Of a DNA stretch of 64,000 nucleotides, positions 1 to 10,600 are shown one piece after another. The notes beneath the pieces are model-generated. The model saw only the letters and a program-made list of their open reading frames with translations, did not search any database and had not been told where the DNA came from. Source of the DNA: Somniosus microcephalus (taxonomy: Eukaryota); assembly GCA_052327205.1 (NCBI GenBank), contig CM126224.1, forward strand, positions 19,096,001 through 19,160,000. Reading direction: 5' to 3'. A program made the position numbers and the translations under genes. Numbering within the stretch: position 1 is the first letter of the stretch; every line of letters begins with the position of its first letter.

Positions 1-3000
1 TGTTGAGGAAGTACACATTGCGGTCGGAGGAGGGGAGAGGCCCTTTAAAATCGACGCTCAGGCGTTCGAAAGGGCGAGTGGCTTTTATCAAGTGGGCTCT
101 GTCTGGTCTATAAAAGTGCGGTTTGCACTCAGCGCAGACTTGGCAGTTCTTGGTCATGGTCCTGACCTCCTCCATGGAGTAAGGCAGGTTGCGGGCCTTG
201 ATGAAGTGGAAGAACCTGGTGACCCCCGGGTGGCAGAGGTCATTGTGGAGGGCCCTCAGCCTATCGATCTGCACGCTGGCGCAGGTGCCACGCGATAGGG
301 CATCTGGGGGTTCATTGAGCTTCCCAGGCCGGTACAAGATCTCGTAATTGTAGGTGGAAAGTTCGATTCTCCACCTCAAGATCTTGTCATTTTTGATTTT
401 GCCCCTCTGCTTGTTGTTGAACATAAAAGCAACTGAACGTTGGTCAGTGAGCAGGGTAAATCGTTTTCCGGCCAGGTAGTGCCTCCAATGACGCACAGCC
501 TCCACAATAGCCTGGGCCTCCTTCTCGACCGCGGAGTGTCTGGTCTCCGGGCCCTGGAGGGTTCGTGAGAAGAATGCCACAGGTCTCCCCGCCTGATTAA
601 GGGTGGCGGCCAGAGCGAAGTCGGACGCATCGCTTTCCACCTGGAAGGGGATGGATTCGTCCACTGCGTGCATGGTGGCTTTGGCAATGTCCTCCTTGAT
701 ACGGTGGAAGGCCGAGCGGGCCTCTGCCATCAGGGGAAAAGAGGTGGATTTGATCAGCGGACGGGCTTTGTCTGCATAGTAGGGGACCCACTGGGCGTAG
801 TAGGAAAAAAACCCTAGGCACCTCTTCAGAGCTTTTAGGCAGTGGGGCAGTGGGAGTTCCATAAGGGGACGCATCCGGTCCGGGTCGGGACCGATGACCC
901 CGTGTTCCACAACACAGCCAAGGATGGCGAGGCGGTCTGTGCGGAATATGCACTTCTTGTTATATGTCAGGTTCAGGAGTTGGGCGGTGCGGAGGAATTT
1001 CTCGAGTTTTGCGTCATGGTCCTGCAAGTCATGGCCGCAGATGGTCACATTGTCTAGGTAAGGGAAAGTGGCCTGCAGCGCGTTTGATCGACCATCCAGT
1101 CCATCTCCCTTTGGAAGACGGAGACCCCGTTGGTAACGCCAAAAGGAACCCTGAGGAAGTGATAGAGGTAGCCGTTTGCCTCAAAAGCAGTATACTGGCG
1201 GTCTTCGGGGCGGATGGGGAGCTGGTGGTACGCTGATTTCAGGTCAATGGTCGAAAAGACGCGGTACTGCGCGATCTGGTTGACCATGTCAGCTATGCGG
1301 GGGAGTGGGTAGGCGTCCAGCAGGGTGTAGCGGTTTATTGTTTGGCTGTAGTCGATGACCAGGCGTTGTTTCTCGCCGGTCTTAACGACCACAACCTGGG
1401 CTCGCCAGGGGCTGGAGCTGCCCTCAATAATCCCCTCCTTCAGGAGCCGCTCCACTTCGGTTTTGATGAAAACCCTGTCCCCGGCACTGTATCGCCTGCT
1501 CTTTGTGGCGATGGGCTTAGAGTCGGGGGTGAGGTTAGCAAACAGTGGGGGGGGGGGGGGGGGGGGGGTGGGACTCAGTGTGGAGAGGTTGCATCTGGTG
1601 CGCGGCGGGCAATTTGGAGGCTGCTGGCTGCGGACTGTGAGTGGGGGGAGGGGGCCACCGTACGCCATCGTAACGCTTTTGAGGTGGCACTGGAAATCCA
1701 ACCCCAGTAGAACGGCAGCGCAAAGTTGGGGCAGGACCAGGAGTTTAAAATTATTGAACACAGTCCCATCTACTACTAGTGTCACCACGCAGTAGCCGCC
1801 AATGTCCGCTGACTGGGACTCGGCGGCCATAGAAATCTGCTGGTGCGCAGGCAGGACTGGGAGAGAGCAACGCCACACCGTGTCGGGGTGGATGAAGCTC
1901 TCTGTGCTCCCGGAGTCAAAAAGGCAGTTTATTGCATGGCCGTTTACCTTAACGTCCATTTTGGACCGAGCTAGTTGGTGCGGTCTCGTTTGGTCCAGCG
2001 TGACCGAGGCCAGCGTAGGGGTCGGTGTGTCGCTGCGGGTATCAGATGGGGGGGGGGGGGGGGTTTGCAGCCTGCTGCGTCCCGGCTGGTGTCCAAGATG
2101 GCGGCGTCCATGATTCCCATGTGACTGGAGTCGTCCAAGATGGCTGCTGCTGCGGTGGTTCGCACATGGCTGGGGAGGCCCAAGATGGTGGCCCGCACGC
2201 GGCGCTGTTGGGGGCCCAAGATGCCGGCTCGCACGGCCCACACGCGGCGCTGCTGGCGTTCGGGGTGGCTTTGGCCTTGCAGACGCTAGCGTAGTGTCCC
2301 TTTTTCCCGCAGCCCGAGCAGGTCGCATTCTTCGCCGGGCAGCGCGCTCTGGGGTGTTTGGCCTGGCCACAGAAGTAGCATTTCTGTCCTTGGGATACTG
2401 CTGTCTGGCTTTGGGACACTGCTGCGGTGGTTGAGCCGTTGTTGGGCTGTGGCTGGGGTGGCACGGTGCTATGGGGCTGTCCTACCGTGTCCCAGGTTGT
2501 CGTTCCCCGCGGCGTCCATGGTGCAGAGGAGTAGGCATCCATGCCCCGGTAGGCTGCGTCCAGCGTTAGTGCGATTTCGGAGGCTTTGTCGAGGGTGAGG
2601 TCACTCTGCTCCAGCAGTCGCTGTCGGGTGTAGTTGGACCTGTGGCCCGCTACGAAGGCATCCCGGATCAGTTCCTCCGTGTACTTAGTGGACGTTACCG
2701 CCTTACACCCACAGGCCCGGCCAAGCACGGACAGTGCTTGGAGGTATTCCTCAGTCGATTCCCCAGGTTGTTGCTTGCGACTCCCCAGGAGGTGCCTGGC
2801 GTAAACTTCGTTCACAGGGCACGTGTACTGGGTCTAGGAGCTGGAGGGCGGCTGTGTACGAGGTCGCATCCCGGATGACTGAGTACACTCGGTGGTTCAC
2901 CTTGGAGATCAGGACAGACAGTTTGTTCGCATCCGTTACGACCGCAGTGGAGGCAGTCAGGAATGTCTCGAAGCACATGAGCCAGTGAGCAAACTTGGTG

Positions 3001-3312
3001 GAAGCGTCCGCTTCCCGACTGTCCAGGTCCAGGCATGCTGGTGTGAGGATCTTCTCCATTATAAAAAATTTAGTTAATAAAATTGATGCGCCATCAATTA
3101 CTCAAAAGACTGAGGTTAAGCGAGTAACAACCAGGCTTTTATTAACTAAAGAATGAAGGTCTAGTCTCGAGTGGTCGACCCGTCCAGAATAATAAGGGAC
3201 TGGGAGGTAGTCACTTATATACCTGGAATAGTGGGAGGAGTCAGCCGAGGCATGTCCAGGCCTGTACCTAGTGGAATACACATACAGACAGGTATAACAG
3301 TGGTTTACCACA
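1..3312 (-). mobile_element. Young Ty3/Gypsy LTR retrotransposon (5' LTR, gag, PR, RT, RNase H, start of integrase; cut by window edge)
   Basis: Gag from ATG 3059 with two CCHC knuckles (CYFCGQAKHPRARC, CSGCGKKGHYASVC). Protease LFDSGS. RT IDY...LDAYPLP...DLKSAYHQ...PFG. RNase H SDASDFA...EKEAQA...TDQR. Integrase HNDLCHPG...CQVC and VDFKGP. Frameshifts near 2834, 2055 and 1085. Confidence 0.95.
3084..3312 (-). repeat. 5' LTR of the young Gypsy element (about 229 bp)
   Basis: TGT...TCA termini, TATATAA at about 3221-3215, AATAAA at about 3143-3138, and 24 nt between the LTR end and the gag ATG. The 3' LTR is outside the window, so the boundaries cannot be confirmed by comparison. Confidence 0.7.
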
Positions 3313-5061
3313 GATATACACGTCATACCCAGTGATGCCCTCATAACTGCCCGAGAATATGCTTTTATACTTGTTCAGCATTGTGTCGAATCGCTTCTTT
3401 GAAGCATCTACACTGAAGATGTTTTTCCAGTCTAGTTTTAACTTTCTCAACCAGTCTTTGCCCATGAGGGTTGGCCTGTTGTTTTAGCTTGCTACAATAA
3501 TGGGCAGCTTTACTGACTGGCCGTTGTGCTGAACTGTACATTCCATTTGTCCACGTGTCTGATTTCTCCGGAGTAGGTTTTTAACTCTATGGTACTCTTT
3601 GTAAGTGGTATTTGATTAAACTTACTCTCATGTGTGTCCTTACTCATGATCGAGCAGTCCACTGCTGTGTCAATACACATCAATATATTGGTCATTGATC
3701 AAAAGTTTTGATTGGAAGTCTCAAGACTGCAAGCGTTGCCACTAGTGGCATAGATACTGTAGATGTCTAGTTCTTCAATATCAGGTGGGTTCACGTCAAT
3801 ATTGTGAATTCCTCCCTTTTGTTGTCGCTGCTTTGCATTGCCACTAGAATGGTTCTTACTTCCTGCTTTCGATCTAGCTCTGCAAGCTGTTGAAATATGG
3901 CCTTGCTTCTGGCAGTGAAAACACTTCGCATTTTGGTATTGGCAGGACTGTGGTGGGTGATTCCATTGCAGCGATAACAATTCACTGAACTGCTCTCAGA
4001 TATGCTTTTGACCCAGTCTCTCAGCTTTAGGTTCGGCAGTGGCTTTGTGACTGTAGACCTCAGCTGCACTAGTCACTTGAGTTGGACGGAGCTCCCTAGC
4101 ATTCTTAGGCACCATCTCCATAGATAGGGTAGTTTTGCATGCAATGTTAACATTAGGTTAGGAGTGTTCAGTAATAATGGACCGTGTGCATTCATCCACT
4201 AGTCCACACACAAACTTCTCTCAACGCACGATCCAAAAATATGCTGAAGTTACAATGCAAAGATAGGTTAAGAGCTAGTGTACTCACTGATGGTTTCAGG
4301 TACCAAACTTATAGCTTCTCTGCTATCTCTAATGGCTTTGGGGCTGAAGCAGTCCTCGAGTTTATCTTCAAAAGACACTTCCTTCACTTTCCCTTGCACA
4401 AGTAGGTTTGTCAATATTCCGTAGACATCTGGCCCACTCGCCTTTAGAAAAATTGCTTTTTTACATTCACGAATTACTTTATTTTGAGCTTGAACATTCT
4501 TATCTGCACCTTCGGTCTCAATAATGTTACTGGCCGTAAAAAAAAACATCGCTATCCGCTCAATGCAAGCACTGAACGGTTCGCCAGCTCGGTCATACAT
4601 GCCGAGGCTTCCGATGAATCCCATTGGCGCAGCCACGATTGTCCCGATCCTGTTGAACAATGACTCAGCGCACTTCCCGTGAGAATCAACGCTGCCATTG
4701 CTGTGTATTCATACACCCGAAGGCGAAGCACGGACGACTCGGCATCAGCATGAACGGTAAAACATCGCAAAAAAAATTCAGTTTAGGTGTCACAAAGTCA
4801 CAGTAAACTTTTCCACTCGAAGGTTGAACACGGTCCTTCCATGCTCCCTAAAAATGGCTTTGGGATCCCATTCTCGTTACCAAAAATGCAATATGCAGGT
4901 AGAACAAATGAAGGAGACACAGGATGAGCTGCTTGACAAGGTGCTGGTTTACTAGGCCAGAGCAAACTGAGCATGTTCATACTAAACCATGGGACAAACA
5001 ATGTGATAATACATTACATACAGGTCCACAGGTGCCTATTCTTTAAATGCCTGTAGGAACA
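3313..5061 (-). mobile_element. Older degenerate Gypsy element (putative LTR about 4887-5061, PBS, gag-protease), interrupted by the young element
   Basis: Gag-like GFIGSLGMYD...CIERIAMFF, knuckles CYRC...H and CFHCQKQGHISTAC, protease IDTAVDCSIMS and MGKDWLRKLKLDW, with many frameshifts. Confidence 0.8.
4865..4882 (-). promoter_or_regulatory. Primer-binding site of the older Gypsy element, tRNA-Ser(GCT)-like
   Basis: Plus strand atcccattctcgttacca compared with the vertebrate tRNA-Ser(GCT) 3' end as recalled, atcccatcctcgtcgcca (3 transitions). It lies just inside a ...TGCA LTR end. Confidence 0.65.
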
Positions 5062-5067
5062 TGTACA

Positions 5068-5530
5068 GTAGCATAGTGGTTATGTTACTGGACTAGTAAT
5101 CCAGAGCACTAATGCTCCGGAGACAAGAGTCCAAATGCCACCACGGCAGCTGTGGCTCAGTGGGTGGTCAGAAGGTTGTGGGTTCAAGTCCCACTCCAGA
5201 GACTTGAGCACAAAAATCTAGGCCGACACTCCCCAGTGCAGTGCTGAGGGAGTGCTGCGCTGTCAGAGGTGCCGTCTGTCAGATGCAACATTAAACCCGT
5301 CTGCTCTCTCCGGTGGATGTAAAAGATCCCATGGCACTATTTTGAAGAGGAGCAGGGGAGTTCTCCCTGCTGTCCTGGCCAATATTTATCCATTTAAAAA
5401 GTGCTTGGATGTGCACTAACCTACAGGGCTACGGACCATGAGTTGGAAAGTGGGATTAGGCTGGATAGCACTTTGTCGGCCACGATGGGTCGAAATGGCC
5501 TCCTTTCATGCTGCAAATTTCTATGATTCT
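5068..5530 (+). mobile_element. Compound repeat: tRNA-SINE head, then SacSINE1/DeuSINE-like body, then CR1-type 3' tail
   Basis: A/B-box heads (tagtggttatgttactggactagtaatcc, gggttcaagtccc), Deu-like domain gtaaaagatcccatggcactatt...gtcctggccaatatttatcc, and tail gggtcgaaatggcctcc. Confidence 0.7.
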
Positions 5531-6727
5531 AACATCGAGAACATCACAGCCAAGTACATCCTGTCCTGACCACATGTCTTGTGATGTGGAGGCCAACTGT
5601 AACTCTCAATCTTGGCTCACGTTAGCCAACTCGGCACAGACTGGATATTCAGGCTCTTCCTGGCCTGAAATGACTTGCATAAGATTGACCTAGTGCACCA
5701 TCAGGGTAACCGAGGTGGTGGCTCTTTGACCTTTCTGGCTGACCCCCTCAACACAAGAAATCTATGGAGGAAAGATGTAACGCATGATTCAACAGCAAAA
5801 GAATTTCACAGGCTCCAGCACATCACACAAGAGATCTGTAGCTTTGTTAGCTTGCCGAATATTGCTCCATTGTGACGTGCTGGCTAACGCTGCCCTTCCC
5901 TTCTTTTGGTACCCCCCCACCCATCTCTGGACAATGGACATACTGCAACCAAGCCCGGAGTTTGGTAACCTGTATCTAGACCTCCGACTATAGCACTCGG
6001 CGCTTTTGTCCAGAAGTAGGTACAAGGGCCTAGATATTAGAGTGCATCAATATTTGGGCAGGTGGGTGAGGGAGCCACAAGGTACGATCCCCTACACCCA
6101 AATGGAGAGGTCAAGAGACGCTCCTGATATTGGGCCTCGGGCTTCACTAACATCAAACCGGTGTGGCAGGAGGAGCCTGCTGGCAAAGAGCGAACCGGGG
6201 TTGGGCCACCACTAGTGTCACAGCAGCCCTCGGACAAGTGAAGGCCTGGGCGGGGAGATGGGGGAGCAACGGAGTACCTTGGGTGGGATGGAGGGGGCAT
6301 GGAATCAGTAGCTGGGCCTGGGTGAGTGGGGTGGGGCAGGGCGGTGAGGGTGTGTGTAAGACAGACATGGCCCGTGTTCTTTTTAATGTGGTTGTTCCTA
6401 CATTCAAGTATGGGGGCCTTCCTGCCAGACAGCACCACGTTGAGCAGGGGAAAAAAGAGTGCGGCACAGGGCTTGTGAAGCGCCGAGGCAATCGAAACTC
6501 GTGAACAGGCCCAGCGAGATGCTCAGGACCCCCATTCAAATAAGTTATTTCCCCACTTTAAATATTCCCGACACGCACTCGAACACCAGCGCACCCACCT
6601 TATCCAATAGGACGGGTGGCGCACATTTGGGCAGAAATGTGCGCTTGCTTCCTGACCGCCATATTGGGAGGCTGTTTAGTGCCCAAAAAATGGGCGCGGT
6701 GCGGCCGAATTTCTAGGCTAAGGAGTC

Positions 6728-7175
6728 AGCCAGTGGGGCAGCACACTCACTTCCGAGTCAGAAGGTTGTGGGTTCAAGTCCCACTCCAGGGACCCTAGCA
6801 CAAAATCTGGGCTGGCACTCCCAGTGCAGTGCTGCACTGTCGGAGGTCCCGTCTTTGGGAAAAGACGTCAAACCGAGATCCCATCTGCCCACTCGAGTAG
6901 ACTTAGAGAACCCGCGGCACTATTCGAAGAGCAGGGGCGGGGGAAGTTATCCCCGGGGTCCTGGCCAAGTATTTATCCCTCAAACAACAGCTCACAAAAA
7001 ACACATTAATCTTGTCATTATCATATTGCTGTTTGCGGGAGCTTGCTGTGCAGCAAGTTGGCAGCTGCATTTCCCCACATTACAACAGTGGCTACACTTC
7101 AAAAATTGGCTGTAAAAGTGCTTTTGGGCGTCTGGAGGTCGTGAAAGGCGCTACATAAATGCAACTCTTTCTTTC
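6728..7175 (+). mobile_element. SacSINE1/DeuSINE-like SINE
   Basis: tRNA head, Deu domain and L2-type tail gtgaaaggcgctacataaatgcaa. Similar to the copies at 26733 and 43508. Confidence 0.8.
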
Positions 7176-7294
7176 TCTTGACAGAGCAAGAGCAGCTATG
7201 TGACCGTTACACCAGGAAATATGCACATATCCCAATTAGGTACCAAGTTAAACTTACAGAAACCAGACCAGATTCTGCTCGAAAAATGCCAATC

Positions 7295-7300
7295 TTTATT
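7295..7300 (-). terminator. Probable gsn polyadenylation signal AATAAA (alternative at about 7424-7429)
   Basis: AATAAA about 210 nt after the stop, followed by GU-rich tctggtctggtttctgtaagttt. Confidence 0.6.
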
Positions 7301-7510
7301 ATCGAAAGCTTTGGGAAGCACAAGATACCGTCGTGCATATGCCGACGCACAGCCTAAACATTGCACAGCAGAAAAAGTGTGTAGAGGAAGTGGTAGTCAG
7401 TGCTCATCGCTGGCAAAACTTTTTTTATTTTTTTTTACATTTATATCTTCAAAGCTCCTTAAAAAGCGAGATCGAAAGCGCGGAAGTCAGTGGGAAACGC
7501 TCCCAGCGAT

Positions 7511-7683
7511 TTATGACACCTCAAGGTCAGCCATGGCCCGCTGGAGGGGGTCGACACTCCAGTAATCATAATCCCATCCCAGGAACCAGCCCGTGAACGA
7601 GGGTGGTTCGAACCCCTGCTTGATGATCACTATTGGCGTCCTCGTGTCCCGTTTGGTGGGATCGGTCTCAATGTATACTTTAG
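7511..7683 (-). CDS. gsn: gsn coding exon 16, last (AKVYIETDP...[13 protein letters not shown])
   Basis: ttctgtctag| acceptor, TAA stop at 7513-7511. Confidence 0.96.
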
Positions 7684-10600
7684 CTAGACAGAAGACAAAA
7701 GAGAAAACACAAGACATTTATATCTTTCTCAATAGCAAAATACTGCAGATGCTGGAAATCCAAAATAACAGAAAATGCTGGAAAACTCAGGCGGCCAGGC
7801 AACATCCGTGGAGAGAGAAATAGAGTCAACGTTTCGGGTCGAAACCCTTCGTCAGAACGGAGAGAAAAGGCAGGAAATGAAACAAAAGGCAGTTTGGGGG
7901 CTGGGAAATGGGGGAGGGGACGAAAGGAGAGACATTAAGAGATATTCAAGGTGAGACGAGATGGTAATAGGACAGGTAAAGAAACAAACAATGGCTCTAG
8001 ATGAAGTGTGAAATGCGCTGGCAGAGTGAGAGACAGCTGCCGTGTGGGAGAGAGAGAAAAACAAGGAAAAGTCACAAACCGAAAGTGTGGATAAAAAATA
8101 AAAATAATAGGGGCCGAGGTTATGATCTGAAGTTGTTGAACTCGATATGGCAGCTGTCTTTCACTCTGCCAGCACATTTCACACTTCTAGAGCCAGTCTG
8201 TTTCTTTACCTGTCCTATTACTATCTCTCGTCTCACCTTGAATATCTCAATGTCTTCTTTCGCCCCCTCCCCCATTTCCCATCCCCAAACTGCCTTGTTT
8301 CATTTCCTGCCTTTTCTCTCAGTTCTGACGAAGGGTTTCGACCTGAAACGTTGACTCTCTCCATGGATGTTGCCTGGCCTGCTGAGTTTTTCCAGCATTT
8401 TCTGTTATTTATATCTTTCTGTAGGCCTTTGTTACTGAAACTTCCCCACACCCCCCCACATTAAAGTCCTGTATAATACTGATTGATGAATTGGCTTCTG
8501 CACTTGCTGTGTACACGAGATTTGGGGGGGGGGGGGGGGGGGGCTTTGTGCGTCTCCCTTCATCTTTGCTTGGACAGAACGTGCTGGCAGGCTATTCACA
8601 GGAGCCAAGCCCAATCCCGTCCCCGTGCAATGCGTACACGTACTCACACACCCACTTCCCAGCAAGGGGTCACTGTGGACGGTTTAAAAAATAAATAAAA
8701 TAAAACAAATCGGGGTTGGGAAATCCCTCGCATTTCCCCTTTGTAGCCACAACCAAATGCAACTCCCAATATTGCTGCCCATCAGGATCGCTCAGCACAG
8801 ACCAGGGATGCCACTGGGGACTCCCCACCCCCCCCAAAATCTGTGTGACTCAGTGCCGCAGCATGTGGTGGCTGTACTTGCCAAGTCGCAGAGGGAGGGG
8901 TTATAATATTTATTCCTTTTAACTGCTGCACACTGCCGACGCACTAATGAAAGCAGACCATTTTCGGATTCCTTTCAGGATGATGCAAGTACTTTACACA
9001 AAGGCGGGTCCTCAGGCGCACTGTGGCAAAGAAAGAAATTCCACAGAGCTACACTCCTTTCAACTCTAGTGCGTTGGATCACATGCCCAGATATCAGAGT
9101 GCTGTCATCGCCAACTAAAAAAGGCAAAGTTGTTTTTTTACCACCCCACCCCCCCCCCCCCAAATCTAGAAACAGAAATGTATCAAAATAAACTTCGTGA
9201 AAAAAAAAATCCAGTCAAAAACAATCGTAGCAAATCAAAGAAAAAAAAAATCCCATATTCAGGCCCACTACCCAGACCACCAGTCTATACAATAGGCTGT
9301 CTGCCAACAGCTGACTCCTGTTACCATACCACAAAATTTGGAATAAAAACTCCACAAGCGCCCAAACTTGCAAAATCCCTTCTTTCAGTTAAATTATTTT
9401 TAAAAATCTCCATTTGAAAAACAGCTACTGAAAACTGAACATTCACAATTGCCGTCAGAAATCACCGCACGGTGGAAGACTACACCGCAAGTCTGATCCA
9501 CCTCGAACCTCCTGCAAGAAAATTATTCAGATGTCATCCTGACTAGGAGCAACCAGAGCCTCCGCATCGCCAAAGACAGCAACCCAACAGGTACGAAGAG
9601 GTGCTGATCTTTAAATTTTCCCCCGTCAGATATGGGGGACAAAAATAGAAACAGGACAATGATGTCCAAATTTTACAAAACTACATGACTAAAAGGAAAA
9701 GGTGGAATCACTGCACTAATACTAACCAATCTTCAGGGCTTTGCTGAAAATTGGAGTGGATGGAACATAAAAGTACTTGGTGAGCCATTCATTATAAGTG
9801 TAGACGGATACCTGAAGAATAATTAATTATTCATGTAGATAATCCAAAACAACTGGAACCCAACAGGGAAAGGGCAAAATAGCCATAGTTGTGCTCTCGA
9901 GATACACAACATAAGAAATAGGAGGAGTAGGCCAGTCGGCCCTTCGAGCCTGCTCCGCCATTCAATAAGATCATGGCTGATCATCTATCTCAACTCCACC
10001 TTCTCGTCCGATCCCCATATCCCTTGGCGATAGCACAAGTACAACCGCAAACCATTTGGCCTTTATACTTTTAAACCATTAATAGGTAGTGGTTGGTACT
10101 ACACACTGGCATGGCAGGTGCCACAGACCAATGCCACCATTAATTGGGGACATAACACTGCACACTGAGGGTATACAGCAGCAGGAATGCACCAGTGAAT
10201 AACCAGCCACTCAAAACAGGCACAAGTCCCAGAGATACTGGGGAAACTAAAACTAAAATTGTACGCACAACAGACCATGAACCTGACCCAGTTATTGTAT
10301 AGAAAACAACAGGGGCCAGAGATTTCCTAGCATGACCTCAATAAAGGAAAGGGTGGCAACAACCACAGCAAACACTAATCAACACAACTGATTTAAAACA
10401 ACAGAAGCGAACATGTAAATATCCTGCTTAGAACCACTGTACCACGTAATGCAGAGCAGAGCATACCAGTCATTTATGGGGGGGGGGGGGGGGGGGGGGA
10501 GAAAAAAAAAAAGGAACGACGAGGAGAAAGAGGAGGAAGAAGAGGANNNNNNNNNNNNNNNNNNNNNNNNNNNNNNNNNNNNNNNNNNNNNNNNNNNNNN

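Noticed and set aside
92-3077. Plus-strand ORFs over the Gypsy element
   Set aside because: Antisense shadows of the GC-rich gag-pol frame.
5148-5200. tRNA-like A/B boxes here and at other SINE heads
   Set aside because: They are SINE 5' regions followed by SINE bodies, not tRNA genes.
5750-6720. GC-rich stretch with several ORFs, possibly DNA-transposon-derived (similarly 35260-36290)
   Set aside because: No recognisable protein motif or paired terminal repeats, so left unclassified.
9600-10450. Faint APE-endonuclease-like fragments ([15 protein letters not shown]) on the plus strand
   Set aside because: Too degenerate to support by eye, and would need a profile search.
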